64,000 nt of DNA, from NCBI GenBank assembly GCA_963758915.1, contig CAVWXH010000002.1, positions 32,001 to 96,000 of the forward strand. Reading direction: 5' to 3'. The stretch is from an uncultured Methanomicrobiales archaeon (GTDB taxonomy: Archaea > Halobacteriota > Methanomicrobia > Methanomicrobiales > Methanospirillaceae). A program made the position numbers and the translations under genes. Shown here piece by piece: positions 10,592 to 22,962 of this stretch. A model generated the notes under the pieces. The model searched no databases. It was not told where the DNA came from and saw only the letters and a program-made list of their open reading frames with translations. Within the stretch, counting starts at the first letter, position 1; each line of letters begins with the position of its first letter.

Positions 10592-11104
10592 ATGCGTATC
10601 ACCACACCCACTTCCATTCTCCGCGACTGGACCCCGGACGATGCGGGACCCCTCGTGAAGCATGCGGATAACCCCCGTATTGCAGGGTCAATGAGGGACG
10701 CCTTCCCGAGCCCCTATACACCGGATGATGCAAAACGTTTTATCGCGATGGCAACGGGCCCTGGGCCGGACCTTTTTCTGGCAATTGATGTACATGGTGA
10801 AGCTGTTGGTGGTATCGGAATACACCCAAAGAGTGATGTGCGGTGCCGGTCTGCTGAAATCGGGTACTGGCTTTCAGAGTCGTACTGGGGACAGGGAATC
10901 GTGACTGATGCGGTCTCTTCTCTCGTACCGGTTGCATTCGGGCGATATGATATCGTAAGGCTCCAGGCCGGGATTTTTTCAAATAATCCTGCATCGATGC
11001 GTGTGCTGGAGAAATGTGGTTTTATCCGGGAAGCGGTTCACAAAAAAGCCATCTGGAAAAATGGTATCCTTCTTAACGAAGTGGTATATACACATTTTGG
11101 ATAA
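10592..11104 (+). CDS. RimJ/RimL-family GNAT acetyltransferase
   Basis: FPSPYT, AEIGYWLSESYWGQGI, NPASMRVLEKCGF. Confidence 0.9.
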   Translation: MRITTPTSILRDWTPDDAGPLVKHADNPRIAGSMRDAFPSPYTPDDAKRFIAMATGPGPDLFLAIDVHGEAVGGIGIHPKSDVRCRSAEIGYWLSESYWGQGIVTDAVSSLVPVAFGRYDIVRLQAGIFSNNPASMRVLEKCGFIREAVHKKAIWKNGILLNEVVYTHFG

Positions 11105-11157
11105 ACCAGGGGATTAATCCCCAGTCTGAATAAAAAACAGCACGGAGAGTCTTGTTG

Positions 11158-12010
11158 TTACACCAGTTCACCGTTTATTGTTATCGTATAATCTTTCACC
11201 GGGACCTTCTTTCCCGACTGTTCAAGTGCCTGGTCAATGACATATCGTACCCCGCTGCAGCACGGTACCTCCATGTGGACAACAGTGATTGAATTGATCG
11301 TGTGAAGGACCAGGATCTCTGCGAGTTTCGTGATGTACCCGTCGATATCGGAGTCCAGTTTCGGGCAGAATATGATCAGGATTTTTCCCATCAGGATCTC
11401 CTGGTGAAACCCTGCATAGGCAAACGGGACGCAATCGGCAGAGACCAGCAGGTCGGCATTTTCAAAATACGGGGCTGCCGGGTTTAAAAGTTTCAGCTGG
11501 ACCGGCCACTGCCGCAGTTCCGAGCTGGTTATGCCCGATGGCTGTGGAGGTCCGGTCCGGGTGCCCCGTGCAATGCTATGAGCTGCAGCTTCCCGGACAG
11601 CTGGCAAAGTCCGGTTTATTTTGCCCGGCCGGCTTCGTGGAACACGCCCATTTGGTATGCTCCGGTATGGCAAGACTCTGTTTATTCAGGTAATCTATGG
11701 CCTGGTTATAAAGGTCCACCTGCCCGTGGCCGGCAAGATGTTCAAGGTGGGCCCGGATCACCGGCTCGCCCTGCCGGACAATGGTCTCCATCACGGCTTT
11801 CTCGTCGTATGCACCAGCTTCCCGCTCGATAACTGAAATTGCTCCCTCCGGGCAGGTGCCGATGCAGGCCCCGAGGCCATCGCAGAAGAGGTCGCTGACA
11901 AGCCGTGCTTTCCCTTCGATAAGCTGGAGGGCACCTTCCGGGCAGTCAGGAATACATTGTCCGCATCCCGTGCACCTGTTTTCATCAATACTGATTATCT
12001 TACGCTTCAT
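11158..12010 (-). CDS. 4Fe-4S dicluster protein with Cys-rich C-terminal domain (frameshift near 11600-11670)
   Basis: CTGCGQCIPDCPEGA and CDGLGACIGTCP ferredoxin motifs; SELRQWPVQL, ADC, CPKLD and MEVPCC in the second frame. Confidence 0.85.
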
Positions 12011-12116
12011 ATCATCGCTCCTTCCCGAATATGCAGGTTAAAAAGAGATACATGTTCTGGTAATGGCAACCAGGAATCCCGGATACTATCAGAAACCGGG
12101 GATGCCTGGCTTCTAT

Positions 12117-12962
12117 TCAGATAACCCCACGGTAGTACGCGAGCGGTTCAGCATATGGCCGGATCTCTTCAACCATCGCTGCCTGCTCATCCTCATCCAT
12201 TGGTGTGAACTCTTTTTCCTGCCGGGCAAGGAATTCTGCTTCATTTGGGGTTGAACATCCTGATATCACTATGTCCACGTCCTGGGAGAGGGCAAACCTG
12301 ATCAGGTCCCCTGGTGAAAACCCGCCATCCCGGGAAATATAGGCACCTGCCCCCAGCACCTTCATTCCAATAACCCCGATACCACGTTCCCGTGCTGCCG
12401 GTATTACCCGGTCCATAAATCCTCCAATGGCAGCCTCAACCGGGCTGACCGGGAGAAGTACAGAATCGATATCCCATTTTGTGACCGCATGCAGCAGGAT
12501 TTCCGGATCGTGATGACCTGTCACCCCTATTCCCCTGGTGATCCCGGTCTCGCGGGCCTCGTAGAACGCACTGAGCGCCCCACCTGCCTCCTCAATCTGT
12601 CGGATATCGGCATTATCCCGGACATCATGGATCTGCCAGAGGCCGAGATGGTCTCGTCCCATACGGGCGAGAGTTCGAATAAGGTCCCCGCTGGCACCTT
12701 CTGCACTCCTCCTGGCCGATTTGCTTGTCTGGAACGTGAGTGTCCTCCTCCCGGGGTGCTGGTCCCAGAATCGCCCGTAATACTGCTCACTTCCCGCATA
12801 AGCCGGGGCTGAATCGTAATACCTGATCCCGCTTGAATATGCCGCTTCAAGCATCGCAATCGCTTCGTGCTCCCTTCCGTTCGACCTGAGCACCCCTTCG
12901 CCCCCCAGTCCGATCCGGAGTGGACTGCCAACGAGTCTCCTGAGCCTGCTGTTCCCTGCCAT
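12117..12962 (-). CDS. Aldo/keto reductase
   Basis: IGLGG, YDSAPAY, QTK, WQIHD, IGVTGHH, GMKVLG. Confidence 0.88.
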   Translation of the reverse strand: MAGNSRLRRLVGSPLRIGLGGEGVLRSNGREHEAIAMLEAAYSSGIRYYDSAPAYAGSEQYYGRFWDQHPGRRTLTFQTSKSARRSAEGASGDLIRTLARMGRDHLGLWQIHDVRDNADIRQIEEAGGALSAFYEARETGITRGIGVTGHHDPEILLHAVTKWDIDSVLLPVSPVEAAIGGFMDRVIPAARERGIGVIGMKVLGAGAYISRDGGFSPGDLIRFALSQDVDIVISGCSTPNEAEFLARQEKEFTPMDEDEQAAMVEEIRPYAEPLAYYRGVI

Positions 12963-13154
12963 GAATGATTATGATCTCTTGTGCAGGCTATATAACAGCT
13001 GAAGGGGACATGTTCCCGTATGCCAGGTCTGATTCACCATATTCTTCCGACAGGTGGCATCACCAGTAAAAGTACATAAAAACAGGAATGATGCCTGCCT
13101 GACAGTTCATGCACCGTGGCTGGTCCAGGGGATGTTTCCGCAGGAAAACCGCTC

Positions 13155-13868
13155 CTACCAGTTTTTTTTCATCGCTTCTGCCTTCATCTCTTCCGGCATC
13201 AGCTCGATGGCGTACCTCAGTGCAGTCCTGGGCATTTCTTTCCTGTTCCGGATGACAAATGCGAACACCTGCTGCTGGTTCTTCCGGCTTGCCTCTTTAA
13301 GGAGCCAGCCATAGCCTTTCTGCACCATGTCATCGGTGTCAGTGAGGAGCAGTGTTGCGATTTCGATTACTTCTTCGGTAAACTGACCCCGTTTTGCCGG
13401 GATAATAAGTGATACTGCTGAAGCACGACGGACCCACCGGTTCCCTGACGAGGTCCAGTGTTTCAGCTCACCGATATACTCAGGGAATTTTTCAATAAAG
13501 TCGCCCATTGAATGGTTACAAAAACCGTCACACATGGCCCAGTTAGAGATGTAGGTATCAATCCATTTGTAAAAGACCAGGAAGTCTTCCCGCTCGTACC
13601 GGTCTTTTAATCGTGGCACCCAGTTGGAGACGATGAAGGCCTCCTCGGTGTAGTGCGACGAGTACAGTTCCTCGCAGAGTTGGAAAATTTCTTTCTTATC
13701 CCTGGATTTTATCTCTTTCCAGTATTTTTGTGCGATGGTTCCGACGGCTGCCGTTTTAACACCATAATACTGCACGTCTTCCCGGAAAAATCTCTGGAAG
13801 TTCTTCTGTGTACCGGGATCAGCGTGGTCTTTGAGGTCCTGCCTTATGTGCGTGATGACCGGGTCCAT
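13155..13868 (-). CDS. AlkD-family DNA alkylation repair protein
   Basis: NWAMCD, NRWVRR, DDMVQKGYGWLLKE, MPRTALRYAIE. Confidence 0.88.
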   Translation of the reverse strand: MDPVITHIRQDLKDHADPGTQKNFQRFFREDVQYYGVKTAAVGTIAQKYWKEIKSRDKKEIFQLCEELYSSHYTEEAFIVSNWVPRLKDRYEREDFLVFYKWIDTYISNWAMCDGFCNHSMGDFIEKFPEYIGELKHWTSSGNRWVRRASAVSLIIPAKRGQFTEEVIEIATLLLTDTDDMVQKGYGWLLKEASRKNQQQVFAFVIRNRKEMPRTALRYAIELMPEEMKAEAMKKNW

Positions 13869-13989
13869 GGGTGAAGGTAAGGGGGATAAGCGGATAAGGG
13901 CTCTGGTTGGGCTGTTGATTATCCTTCCTTATGATGGAAAACACCTTCAAAATGCGTGAAATGCCTGGTACCCAGGTTCAAAAGAGGGG

Positions 13990-15219
13990 TTATATTTTGT
14001 CATACACAATAGCTCCTTTGACCGGGCAGGCCTCTGTACATCGCCCGCAGAGATAGCACTCGCGCTTGGAAGCACCCGCCTCCGCGACATGGACCGGGCA
14101 GACCTTCTCACATTTTCTGCATTGTATACATTTTTCTGTCCGTTTCAACCGGTACCTGCTTACATGGGACAGAAGAGAAAACAGGAGACCGTACGGACAG
14201 AGAAACCTGCAGACCGGGCGGTAGAGAAATGCAGAGAGCACCAGGAGTGCAGCAAAAACAAAAAGCCCTGCTGTCAGGGTCAGGCTGAAGAAATCATAGA
14301 CCCCGGTATATGCCATCAGGTCGATAAGGTATACCCCCCCTGCGACTACCACGATAAACACGATAAACCTGATAATCTCAGGGACTATTGTGTTCCGTAT
14401 GTCGATTTTTTTCAGGGGTGCATGCGATGCGAGTTCCTGGATGCTGCCCACCGGGCAGATATGGCCGCAGAACATCCTGCCGACCAGCAGTGAAATGGCC
14501 AGTACGATCAGGATACCTATAATTCCTGGTACAAGCAACCCGCTTCCGGTAGCAAGCCTGATAAGCCCTATGAATTCCATGGGCATGATCGGGGAGAGGA
14601 ACACGAAACCTGCCATGGTGCTGAGTGCCAGGACCAGCAATGCGGTTGTATGGTCCATATTCCCTGTCTTCCAGAGATACGCAACGAGTGGTACCCCTGC
14701 GAGCATGTAGATGAGTGCAAACGGTACACCTGACAGAGTCCCACCCATCAGCAGGTAGACAATGATCTCTGATATTCCGAGGGCAAATAATGATGTTACC
14801 GCCAGGAGTGGCCCTTTTGAGAGTGTTCTCATTCCCCACCTGCCCGAGCTGAAAACCCTGAGAAGGATAACACTTATGACAAGGAAGAGGAGGATCCCAA
14901 CAACAACCGGGCTTATATGGGCAAGGTCAAAAAAACCGGACGTTACGGGATCAGGGGCCAGCCGGGCAGCCTGCACGGTGTCCACAAGCGGGGTTACGGG
15001 TGGTGTATCTGCTACAGGGACTATTGTCCGCGTTGCCTGGGTTATGGCAGTGCGGGTATAATCGCAGAGTGAATTACCGTCCATGTCGGTGAAAAGGAAG
15101 CACCTGCCCGGGTAGACGCACCCGCCTATTCCCCGTGGGCAGACAGCAGCACATACCGGCTGTACAAGCGTAGCTGTGCCAAGGAGTCCAAATAGGCCCA
15201 ACCCGGTTATTTTTTTCAT
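13990..15219 (-). CDS. Membrane polyferredoxin (NapH/MauN-like 4Fe-4S binding protein)
   Basis: GRMFCGHICPVG, RPVCRFLCPYG and two C-terminal CxxCxxCxxxCP motifs; multiple TM segments; N-terminal CPRG...CVYPGRC motif. Confidence 0.85.
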   Translation of the reverse strand: MKKITGLGLFGLLGTATLVQPVCAAVCPRGIGGCVYPGRCFLFTDMDGNSLCDYTRTAITQATRTIVPVADTPPVTPLVDTVQAARLAPDPVTSGFFDLAHISPVVVGILLFLVISVILLRVFSSGRWGMRTLSKGPLLAVTSLFALGISEIIVYLLMGGTLSGVPFALIYMLAGVPLVAYLWKTGNMDHTTALLVLALSTMAGFVFLSPIMPMEFIGLIRLATGSGLLVPGIIGILIVLAISLLVGRMFCGHICPVGSIQELASHAPLKKIDIRNTIVPEIIRFIVFIVVVAGGVYLIDLMAYTGVYDFFSLTLTAGLFVFAALLVLSAFLYRPVCRFLCPYGLLFSLLSHVSRYRLKRTEKCIQCRKCEKVCPVHVAEAGASKRECYLCGRCTEACPVKGAIVYDKI

Positions 15220-15548
15220 GGATATCATTGGTAACCCCATGCGATGGTACCATATGATCATCCATCGCAAATGTAATTTAAACATTACATTATGGCAAGT
15301 TATGCATACAATTATTGTCCCTGCTTATGAAACAGGGATGTGCCAGGCATTCCAGTGTGCCGGGAGGATACCTGACACACTTCCCGACACCCCGTCATTA
15401 TGCTGTTGCACTGATTGCAGGACCTTACCTGCGCATGCTCATGCATAGCACCCTTACAGATCATATCAGCAGTTTTTTTTATCGTTCCGTAACCCGTTGC
15501 ACCCCTTGCGATACCTATTTTGTAATTTGGGATCCACTAAGTTACGTA

Positions 15549-18486
15549 ATGGCCTCCTGTGTCCACCGGATAGAAGTCCGCTTTACAAAGGACCCCCGTC
15601 TTAAGACCCGTACCGACCGGATACGGTCACTGGGTTTCCCGATCGACGAGTTGCATCTTGTTGATGTCTATACCATCACAACGGGTGTGCAGGATTTTTC
15701 GGCAGTCGAGCTTGACCAGATCGGATCGCAGCTGGTCAATCCGGTGGTGCAGGAATTTTCAGTAGACCTTCCATTCCTGGCTGATTTTGATTATGCCATT
15801 GAAGTCGGGTTCCTGCCTGGGGTTACTGATAATGTGGGCACAACAGCACGGCAGACAATCGGGGACTTTTTCCCCGGTGTCGAAGATGTCTCTGTCTATA
15901 CGTCTCAGCTCTTTTTTATATGCGGGGTTTTGTCAGCAGGTCTTGTGCAGAAACTTGCATTGACGCTTGCAAACCCGCTCGTAAACCGGGTCCATACAAA
16001 GACCCGGAAGGAATACGGCACATCAGGCATGGGCCGCGAGGTCCCGCTGGTCCGGTTGCACGAACTGCTGGGTGCCGGCGAAGTGGACCTCAGTCTTGAC
16101 GACCGTGAGCTCTCACGGATAGGGAAAGAGGGCATAACCGATCCCCTCAGTCACCAGAGACGGGGGCCGCTTGCACTTGACCTTGTCCAGCTGCATGCGA
16201 TCCGTGACTATTTCATGAAAAAGGGACGAAAGCCCACGGATGTGGAGCTTGAATCCCTTGCACAGACCTGGAGTGAGCACTGCAAGCACACGATCTTTGC
16301 CTCGCCAATGGATGATGATCTCCCGGACGGGCTTTACAAGACCTATATCCAGGCCGCAACCAATAAAATCCGGAAGGAAAAAGGAGAGAAGGACATCTGC
16401 CTGACGGTGTTTACCGACAACTCCGGTGCCATTATTTTTGACGATCACTACCTCGTGACCCACAAGGTCGAGACCCACAACTCCCCCTCTGCCCTCGACC
16501 CGTTTGGTGGTGCACTTACCGGCATTGTCGGCGTGAACCGCGATACTATCGGTTTCGGCCTCGGGGCGAAGCCCTGCATCAACGTGTACGGGTACTGTGT
16601 CGGGGACCCGGAGTCTGACCCGGCCCTGTATCGCGGCAGGGACAAGACAAACCCGATCCTCTCACCGAGGAGGATCCTCGACGGTGTTGTCCACGGGGTT
16701 GGTGTCGGCGGCAACTGCTCCGGGATCCCGACCCCGCAGGGATGGGTATATTTTGATAACCGGTACGTGGGAAAACCCCTTGTCTTTGCAGGTACGGTGG
16801 GTGTTATGCCGCGTGAACTGTCGGGAAGGAAACTCTACGAGAAACAGGCAGAACCTGGTGACCTTATCGTTGTTGCCGGTGGGCGGGTGGGAAAAGACGG
16901 TATTCACGGTGCCACCTTCTCATCTGAAGCCCTTGACCCGGGAAGCCCGGTGACCGCGGTGCAGATCGGCGACCCGATTACCCAGAAGAAGTTATCGGAC
17001 GCGATCGTGAAGGAAGCCCGGGACCTCGGACTCTACCGGAGTATCACGGATAACGGGGCAGGCGGCATTTCCTGCTCGGTTGCCGAGATGGCAAAGGAGT
17101 GCAACGGGGCCCGGGTATCACTTGACAAAGTCCCGCTGAAATACCCTGGTATGGCCCCGTGGGAGATCTGGATCTCTGAATCTCAGGAGCGGATGACTCT
17201 TGCAGTTCCGCCAAGAAAAATTGGTGCATTCATGGAGCTGATGGGGCGGCGTGAAGTCGAGGCAGTGGTCATCGGGGAGTTTTCGGACATCAGGCAGGTG
17301 TATCGTTGAATACCATGGTGACGTGGTGATGGATATTGAGCTTGCCTTCCTGCACGACGGCCTGCCAAAAAAACACCTGAAGACCCGGTTCACAAAAAAG
17401 ACCTATCCCGAACCGGCCGTTCCCTGCCCACAACGTCTTGACGCAACATTGGTCGCGATGCTTCAGCGAAAGAATATCTGCTCAAAGGAATTCATTTCGA
17501 TCCAGTACGATCATACCGTGCAGGGAGGCCATATACTTGGGCCTTTGCAGGGAAAGGGGCGGGTGCAGGCAATGGCGACGCTCACCAAAGTTGTGCCCGG
17601 TTCAAAAAAAGGTGTGGGGCTGTCCCAGGGAATGTTCCCCTCGTATTCCGAGATTGACCCGTACCTCATGGCAGCTGCCGGGATCGATACCGCGATCCGC
17701 GGCCTTATTGCACTCGGAATACCAATTGATGCGATTGCAATTCTCGATAATTTCTGCTGGTGCTCGTCAGATGACCCTGAACGCCTCGGGCAGCTGAAAC
17801 GTGCGGCAAAAGGGTGCTACGATATTGCGACTGCATTTGGCACGCCCTTCATCTCGGGTAAAGACAGCATGTACAACGATTTCTCCGGGTATGATGCGGA
17901 TAATAACCCCGTGAAGGTCTCTGTCCCCCCTACCCTCCTTATCTCATCCATCGGTATCCACGAGGACGTGGTACGATCCGTATCCCCCGATGCGAAGATT
18001 GAAGGTGACCTGGTCTATGTGATCGGGGCAACAAGGGAAGAACTTGGGGGATCAGAGTATTTCGCGTATCTCGGAGGTGTGGGAAACATCGTCCCGTCCC
18101 TTGATCCTGGTATGGTAAAAGCACGCTACGGGCGGCTTACGAAAGCCATCCTGAACGAGCTGGTGGCATCAGCCTGCCCGGTCGCCCGGGGCGGTCTCGG
18201 GGTCGCCCTTGGCATGGCTGCCATTGCCGGCCGGGTTGGCATGGAACTGTCGATCCCTTCCGGTATGCGGCCGGATTATTTCCTCTTCTCCGAGTCGCTC
18301 GGCCGTTTCGTCGTGACCATCTCCCCGGAAAACAGGCAGGTATTCGAACAGATTCTGGGTGGAGATGCGGTGCTGCTTGGAACGGTAACCGGAAACAACC
18401 TGCAGATCACCGGAAAGGACCTCCTGGTTGATGTTCCGGTGAGCGAGCTTGAAAATGCCTACAAGGCACCATTTAAGGAGTACTGA
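15549..18486 (+). CDS. purL: Phosphoribosylformylglycinamidine synthase subunit PurL (long N-terminus; frameshift near 17285)
   Basis: QTWSEHCKH, KVETHNSPSALDPFGGA, DGIHGA, DNGAGG, ISESQERM, QYDHTV, FISGKDS, FSES. Confidence 0.95.
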
Positions 18487-18489
18487 ACC

Positions 18490-19353
18490 ATGACCGCTGC
18501 ACATGCCCCCGTAACAATACCCCCGGGAAAGGACAATTCACACGGGCCAGACCTGATAGCGGAGAAAGCCCTCATAATGAGTGGCTTTGGAATTAACTCT
18601 GAGATGGAGACGAAGGAGGTATTGTTACGGGCAGGGATGGCGTCGGACATCGTCCATATTAATGACCTGATCGACGGGAGGAAGGAACTTGGACAGTACC
18701 GCCTCCTGGTGTTTCCCGGCGGTTTCTCCTATGGCGATGATACCGGGGCCGGTAATGCGTTTGCCAACCGGGTCCGGAACAACCTCTGGAAGGATGTTGA
18801 GGAGTTCCTGGACGGTGATAACCTCGTCCTCGGGATCTGCAACGGGTTCCAGATCCTCTCAAACCTCGGGCTGGTCCCGGCGTTTGACCACCATTTTTCA
18901 AGAGATATCGCCCTGGTGCCCAACCGCAAAGGTGTGCTCGAGTGTCGTTTTGTGACCCTGAAACCCGGCGCAAAAAACCTCTGGACAAAAGGGATCGAAC
19001 GAATCTTCTGTCCTGTTGCCCACGGGGAAGGTAATTTCTCCTGCTCGCCTGATACACTCCGGCGCCTCAAAGAGCAGGAGATGATCGCGTTTACCTACTG
19101 CCGGGAGGACCTGTCCCCTGCAAACGGCGAGTACCCTTTCAATCCCAATGGTTCGGTTGAGGATATTGCCGGTATCACTTCTGCAGACGGCAAGGTACTC
19201 GGCTTAATGCCACACCCTGAACGGGCGATGGAGTTTGTCAACCTCTACGACTGGCCGCTCCGGAAAGAGCAGATGAAACGGAGCGGTGCAGTAATACCCG
19301 CTGAGTCGCTGAACATGCAGCTGTTCCGGAATATCGCTGACTATTTCAGGTGA
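18490..19353 (+). CDS. purQ: FGAM synthase glutaminase subunit PurQ
   Basis: PGGFSYGD, LGICNGFQIL, AHGEG, NPNGS, GLMPHPER. Confidence 0.95.
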   Translation: MTAAHAPVTIPPGKDNSHGPDLIAEKALIMSGFGINSEMETKEVLLRAGMASDIVHINDLIDGRKELGQYRLLVFPGGFSYGDDTGAGNAFANRVRNNLWKDVEEFLDGDNLVLGICNGFQILSNLGLVPAFDHHFSRDIALVPNRKGVLECRFVTLKPGAKNLWTKGIERIFCPVAHGEGNFSCSPDTLRRLKEQEMIAFTYCREDLSPANGEYPFNPNGSVEDIAGITSADGKVLGLMPHPERAMEFVNLYDWPLRKEQMKRSGAVIPAESLNMQLFRNIADYFR

Positions 19354-19503
19354 CTAAAGTTAGTAAGGGAAATGACTGGAGGGGTTTTTCATGGATAACC
19401 CAACAACTAGCAATACAGGTTTCAGCGGATACCCGAAAAAAGCAAAAAAAAAAGATTTCTCCCTGATACAAATGAGTACCCCGACCCGTCCTGGTAGCGG
19501 GGA

Positions 19504-19980
19504 TCACCGCATGATACGCGTTGCCGCAAACCCGGCTGCAAGGAGAACGACAAACGGCAGGGCCCCGGCTTTTGTCGGTGAGGCGGCCGGCTGTTGTGCC
19601 CCGGGTGTGGACTGATTACCGTCCGGGACCTGCGTCCTTGTCAGCACCAGCGTTCCTGAACGGGAGCCAATTATATTGCACCCGACATCGACCCTGACCA
19701 CCCCGGTGCTCCCTTTCAGCTGCGGGAGATTATAGCGGTTCGTAAACGAGGATTTATCCGGCTGGCTGGTATAGGACGTATCGATGAGTACCGTGGTACC
19801 TTGCTGGACGGTCACATGGTTCACAAAGTGCGTTGCGGGATCGTCCACCTGGTGCGTGATGGCAACAACAAGATCTCCACTATTTTCATCATATGACACA
19901 TCTACACCTGCAGGGGTGTGTGCAAGGGCATAACCGCTCAATGTGGTCAGCACTATGATGAGTATGACAATGCGCCGCAT
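19504..19980 (-). CDS. Secreted His/Cys protein with C-terminal membrane anchor
   Basis: Signal peptide ending ALA-H; THQVDDPATHF...GCNIIG; C-terminal PTKAG + hydrophobic helix + Arg. Confidence 0.7.
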   Translation of the reverse strand: MRRIVILIIVLTTLSGYALAHTPAGVDVSYDENSGDLVVAITHQVDDPATHFVNHVTVQQGTTVLIDTSYTSQPDKSSFTNRYNLPQLKGSTGVVRVDVGCNIIGSRSGTLVLTRTQVPDGNQSTPGAQQPAASPTKAGALPFVVLLAAGFAATRIMR

Positions 19981-20416
19981 TCCGAATATTCCGATGCGGG
20001 ATATCATTGAGCGCTGAATCTGTTTTTCCGGCATAATAACAACTCATCTGCCCCGGGGTATATCCAGGAACTCTATTCTGATCCTGCACGGGATTGGTTA
20101 TAAGGTCTTGCACGGAAGATGCAGGCCCGACAGGATCATTGTCGGGGGCATCCAAACTGGCAGTAACTATCTGGTTGATGACCGCCTTGATTCATTCTAT
20201 TGAGGGCGCCCCGGGATGTCGTGGCTCCACGAAGACTGCAGGGGAAATGATTTATAAAATTCGGGTCTAATAAAAGGGGAATTCTTTTTCCCTCAGAGTA
20301 CCGGCCATTAAAACCAGCAGGGGCCGGGTAAAAAAACCCCTCTGCAACCCCTGTCAGAACATGATGTTGTTGGCCGATTCAAAAACTTCTTATTTGTGAA
20401 ATGAATCAATCATGTA

Positions 20417-21632
20417 ATGGCAAATACTGAAGGGGTAGTGAAAAGGAAAAGAAAAAACGACGGACATAATTACGGCGTACCACTTACCACTGGAAAACGG
20501 AAGCAACTCCTGCAAAAACTGGCTGAGGAACATGGGACACCCATATTTGTAATCGATCACGAGATAATCCGCCAGAATTACAAAGAATTTAAAGAGCGGC
20601 TGCCAAATATCCAGGTATATTTTGCAGTCAAGGCGAATTCAAACCCGGAAATTGTCAGGACGCTTGTACGAGATGGGGAGCAGTTTTGATGTTGCATCCA
20701 TGCCGGAATTCATGATCGTCCATGAAAACATAAAAGACCTGCCAGAAAAAGAACGACAGGACTGGATTTGGGATAAAATCATCTATGCAAATACCATCAA
20801 GCCGATAGAAACGCTGAAAGCTCTCGATCAATACAACCCCCTGGTCACCTTTGATAACAGCGAAGAGCTGAAAAAAATCAGGCTGCATGCACCCCACGCA
20901 GGCCTGGTGTTGCGGATACGGGTCCCGAATACCGGTTCCGTGGTTGAACTCTCATCAAAGTTCGGGGCTGACCCTGGCGAAGCAGTTGACCTGATCGTCG
21001 AGGCATTTGACATGGGCCTTGTGGTGGAAGGGTTAAGTTTCCATGTCGGAAGCCAGTGCACGAATTTTGACAATTATGTTCAGGCCCTGCACCTGTCGGA
21101 AAATATTATCAGCGAGACAGAGACGCGGACAGGCCAGAAAATCAGGATCCTTGATATCGGCGGGGGCTTCCCGGTGAAGTACCACCCAGAGGTAAAGTCC
21201 TTCAAAATTCTCGCAAAACAACTTAATACTGAGATTAAAAGGCTCTTCCCGCCTGACATGCAGATCCTCGCTGAACCGGGAAGGTTCCTGGTGGCCAATG
21301 CCTGCACCCTCGTAGCCAAGGTAATCGGGAAGGCATTCCGCGATGGAAAGCCGTCGTATTATATCAATGACGGTGTTTACCACACCTATTCAGGACAGGT
21401 ATTTGACCATACTACCTACCCGGTGCTGGCTTTTAAGGAGGGGGAGACACAGATTTCGGCCGTATTCGGACCGACCTGTGATGCCTTTGATACGATTACA
21501 CTAAGTGCAGAACTGCCGGAACTTGATATCGGTGACCTGGTCTATTCTGAAAATATCGGGGCTTATTCCCATGCCTCGTCCACCTACTTCAACGGGTTTC
21601 CCCCGGCGAAGGTGGTGCATATCAACCGTTGA
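20417..21632 (+). CDS. Fold-type III PLP decarboxylase (ornithine/lysine decarboxylase; frameshift near 20665)
   Basis: FAVKAN (PLP Lys), FDVAS, SSKFGA, SFHVGSQ, DIGGGF, EPGR, GPTCD, GAYS. Confidence 0.9.
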
Positions 21633-21699
21633 TTTTTTTATATCCCGATTGATTGTGGAATTTTTACCCCGTAGCATTCCTCTAATCTATCTTGCCTTG

Positions 21700-21895
21700 T
21701 AGAATATTTCGAAATTCTATCCCGCTCCCGGGGGTTCCATCCGGATGTCTGGCGACTCCGGCTGGGACAGCAACCAGGGCCCTCCTGAACTGCTCATGCA
21801 CCCTTCAGGGGAAGCCTGAAAATAGGCAATCTTAATGGTAAGGGGAGTGATAGCGGTTTGGTGCAGAATGAATCAGGATATTACCTCTTCATCGG
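21700..21895 (-). repeat. Degenerate MITE family copy
   Basis: CGAAATT...CGCTCCCGGGG...GGCGACTCCGGCTGGGACAG...ATCTTAATGG...TTACCTCTTC is collinear with copy 34398-34660. Confidence 0.6.
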
Positions 21896-21959
21896 GGCCT
21901 TCCCGCGAACCAGTTTCTTATCCATTCCTATGGGGGGATTATCCCCCGTGCAGCATGCC

Positions 21960-22701
21960 TCATTCGCTTTTCCTCCCCACCGCTGCGCAGTACAGGTACA
22001 AACTCCTCCTCTCCATCAATATCCAGGACATCTGCCATCTCCTGGTCATCAAATGCCCCGATTGCACATGCTCCACAGCCGATCTGCCCAGCTGCAAGGT
22101 AGAGGTTCTGGCAGGCGTGCCCGGCATCGAGGTGAACGAGCCGGTACGCCCGTTCGCTGTACCGCCATGCCATCCGGTAGATCACCGCGGACCAGATGAA
22201 AGATACTGCTGATGATCGTACGAAGGCCTGACCCAGACAGGCAGACATGATTCTATCCGATATCCCGCCGGAGGTATCAATGGCGGCAAGACTGTGGGAG
22301 AACGCGAGGTAGCGGTACAGCCCGGGTTGTATACCTGTTACCCGGTTGATGAGCAGGTAAGTCTCCAAAGCATGTCGTCCTCCGGCAGACGGGACGTTAC
22401 GGAGGGTGTAAAACGGGACATTCACTTCCGCTATTCCCTGGGTGCACCAGCACAGGTAGGTAAGTTCTTCGATGGTAAGTGGATCACGGGCATAATGACG
22501 GGTAGAACGCCGCTCCTCGATGCCAATACGGAGATCCAGGGCCTTCACGGTAATATCTTCCGGTCTGGGAAGCGGGATGACGGGAGCAGTCCGGGGAACT
22601 TCTTTTTCCAGCGGTGGAGCAGGACGCCCCTGTCTCTGGTCAGATTCGGTCAGGTATTCATACCGGGTCTGTTCCATGAATGTGCGACCGGTTGGCAGCA
22701 T
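21960..22701 (-). CDS. SagB/ThcOx-family nitroreductase (1-bp indel near the C-terminus)
   Basis: RRSTRHY, RNVPSAGGRHALETY, HLDAGHACQNLYL, CAIGAFDD. Correcting one base gives ...FVLYCAAVGRKSE*. Confidence 0.88.
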
Positions 22702-22962
22702 ACGCCAGTGATTGCTGCTTTGTGGGAATAAATGCAACGGTGGTGGCACGGGAATACCCTTCCTGCCAGCAGAATAATTACATTGAGACCCGCCAACTTT
22801 TTAATCGTCAGAAACAGTTTTTTCGCTATCATGAACTGCTCTTCCTACCAGGTTGATTCCGGTGGACAGCAGGATACCGCTGTAATCCCATGGAATCATA
22901 TCTGATGAATCAACCGGATTCAAATAGAAACTGTTTTAATTTTCAATCTGTTATGAAAATCT

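Noticed and set aside
21960-22701. SagB/ThcOx gene as part of a RiPP (azole peptide) cluster
   Set aside because: There is no YcaO, precursor peptide or transporter nearby, and stand-alone SagB-like nitroreductases are common in methanogens.
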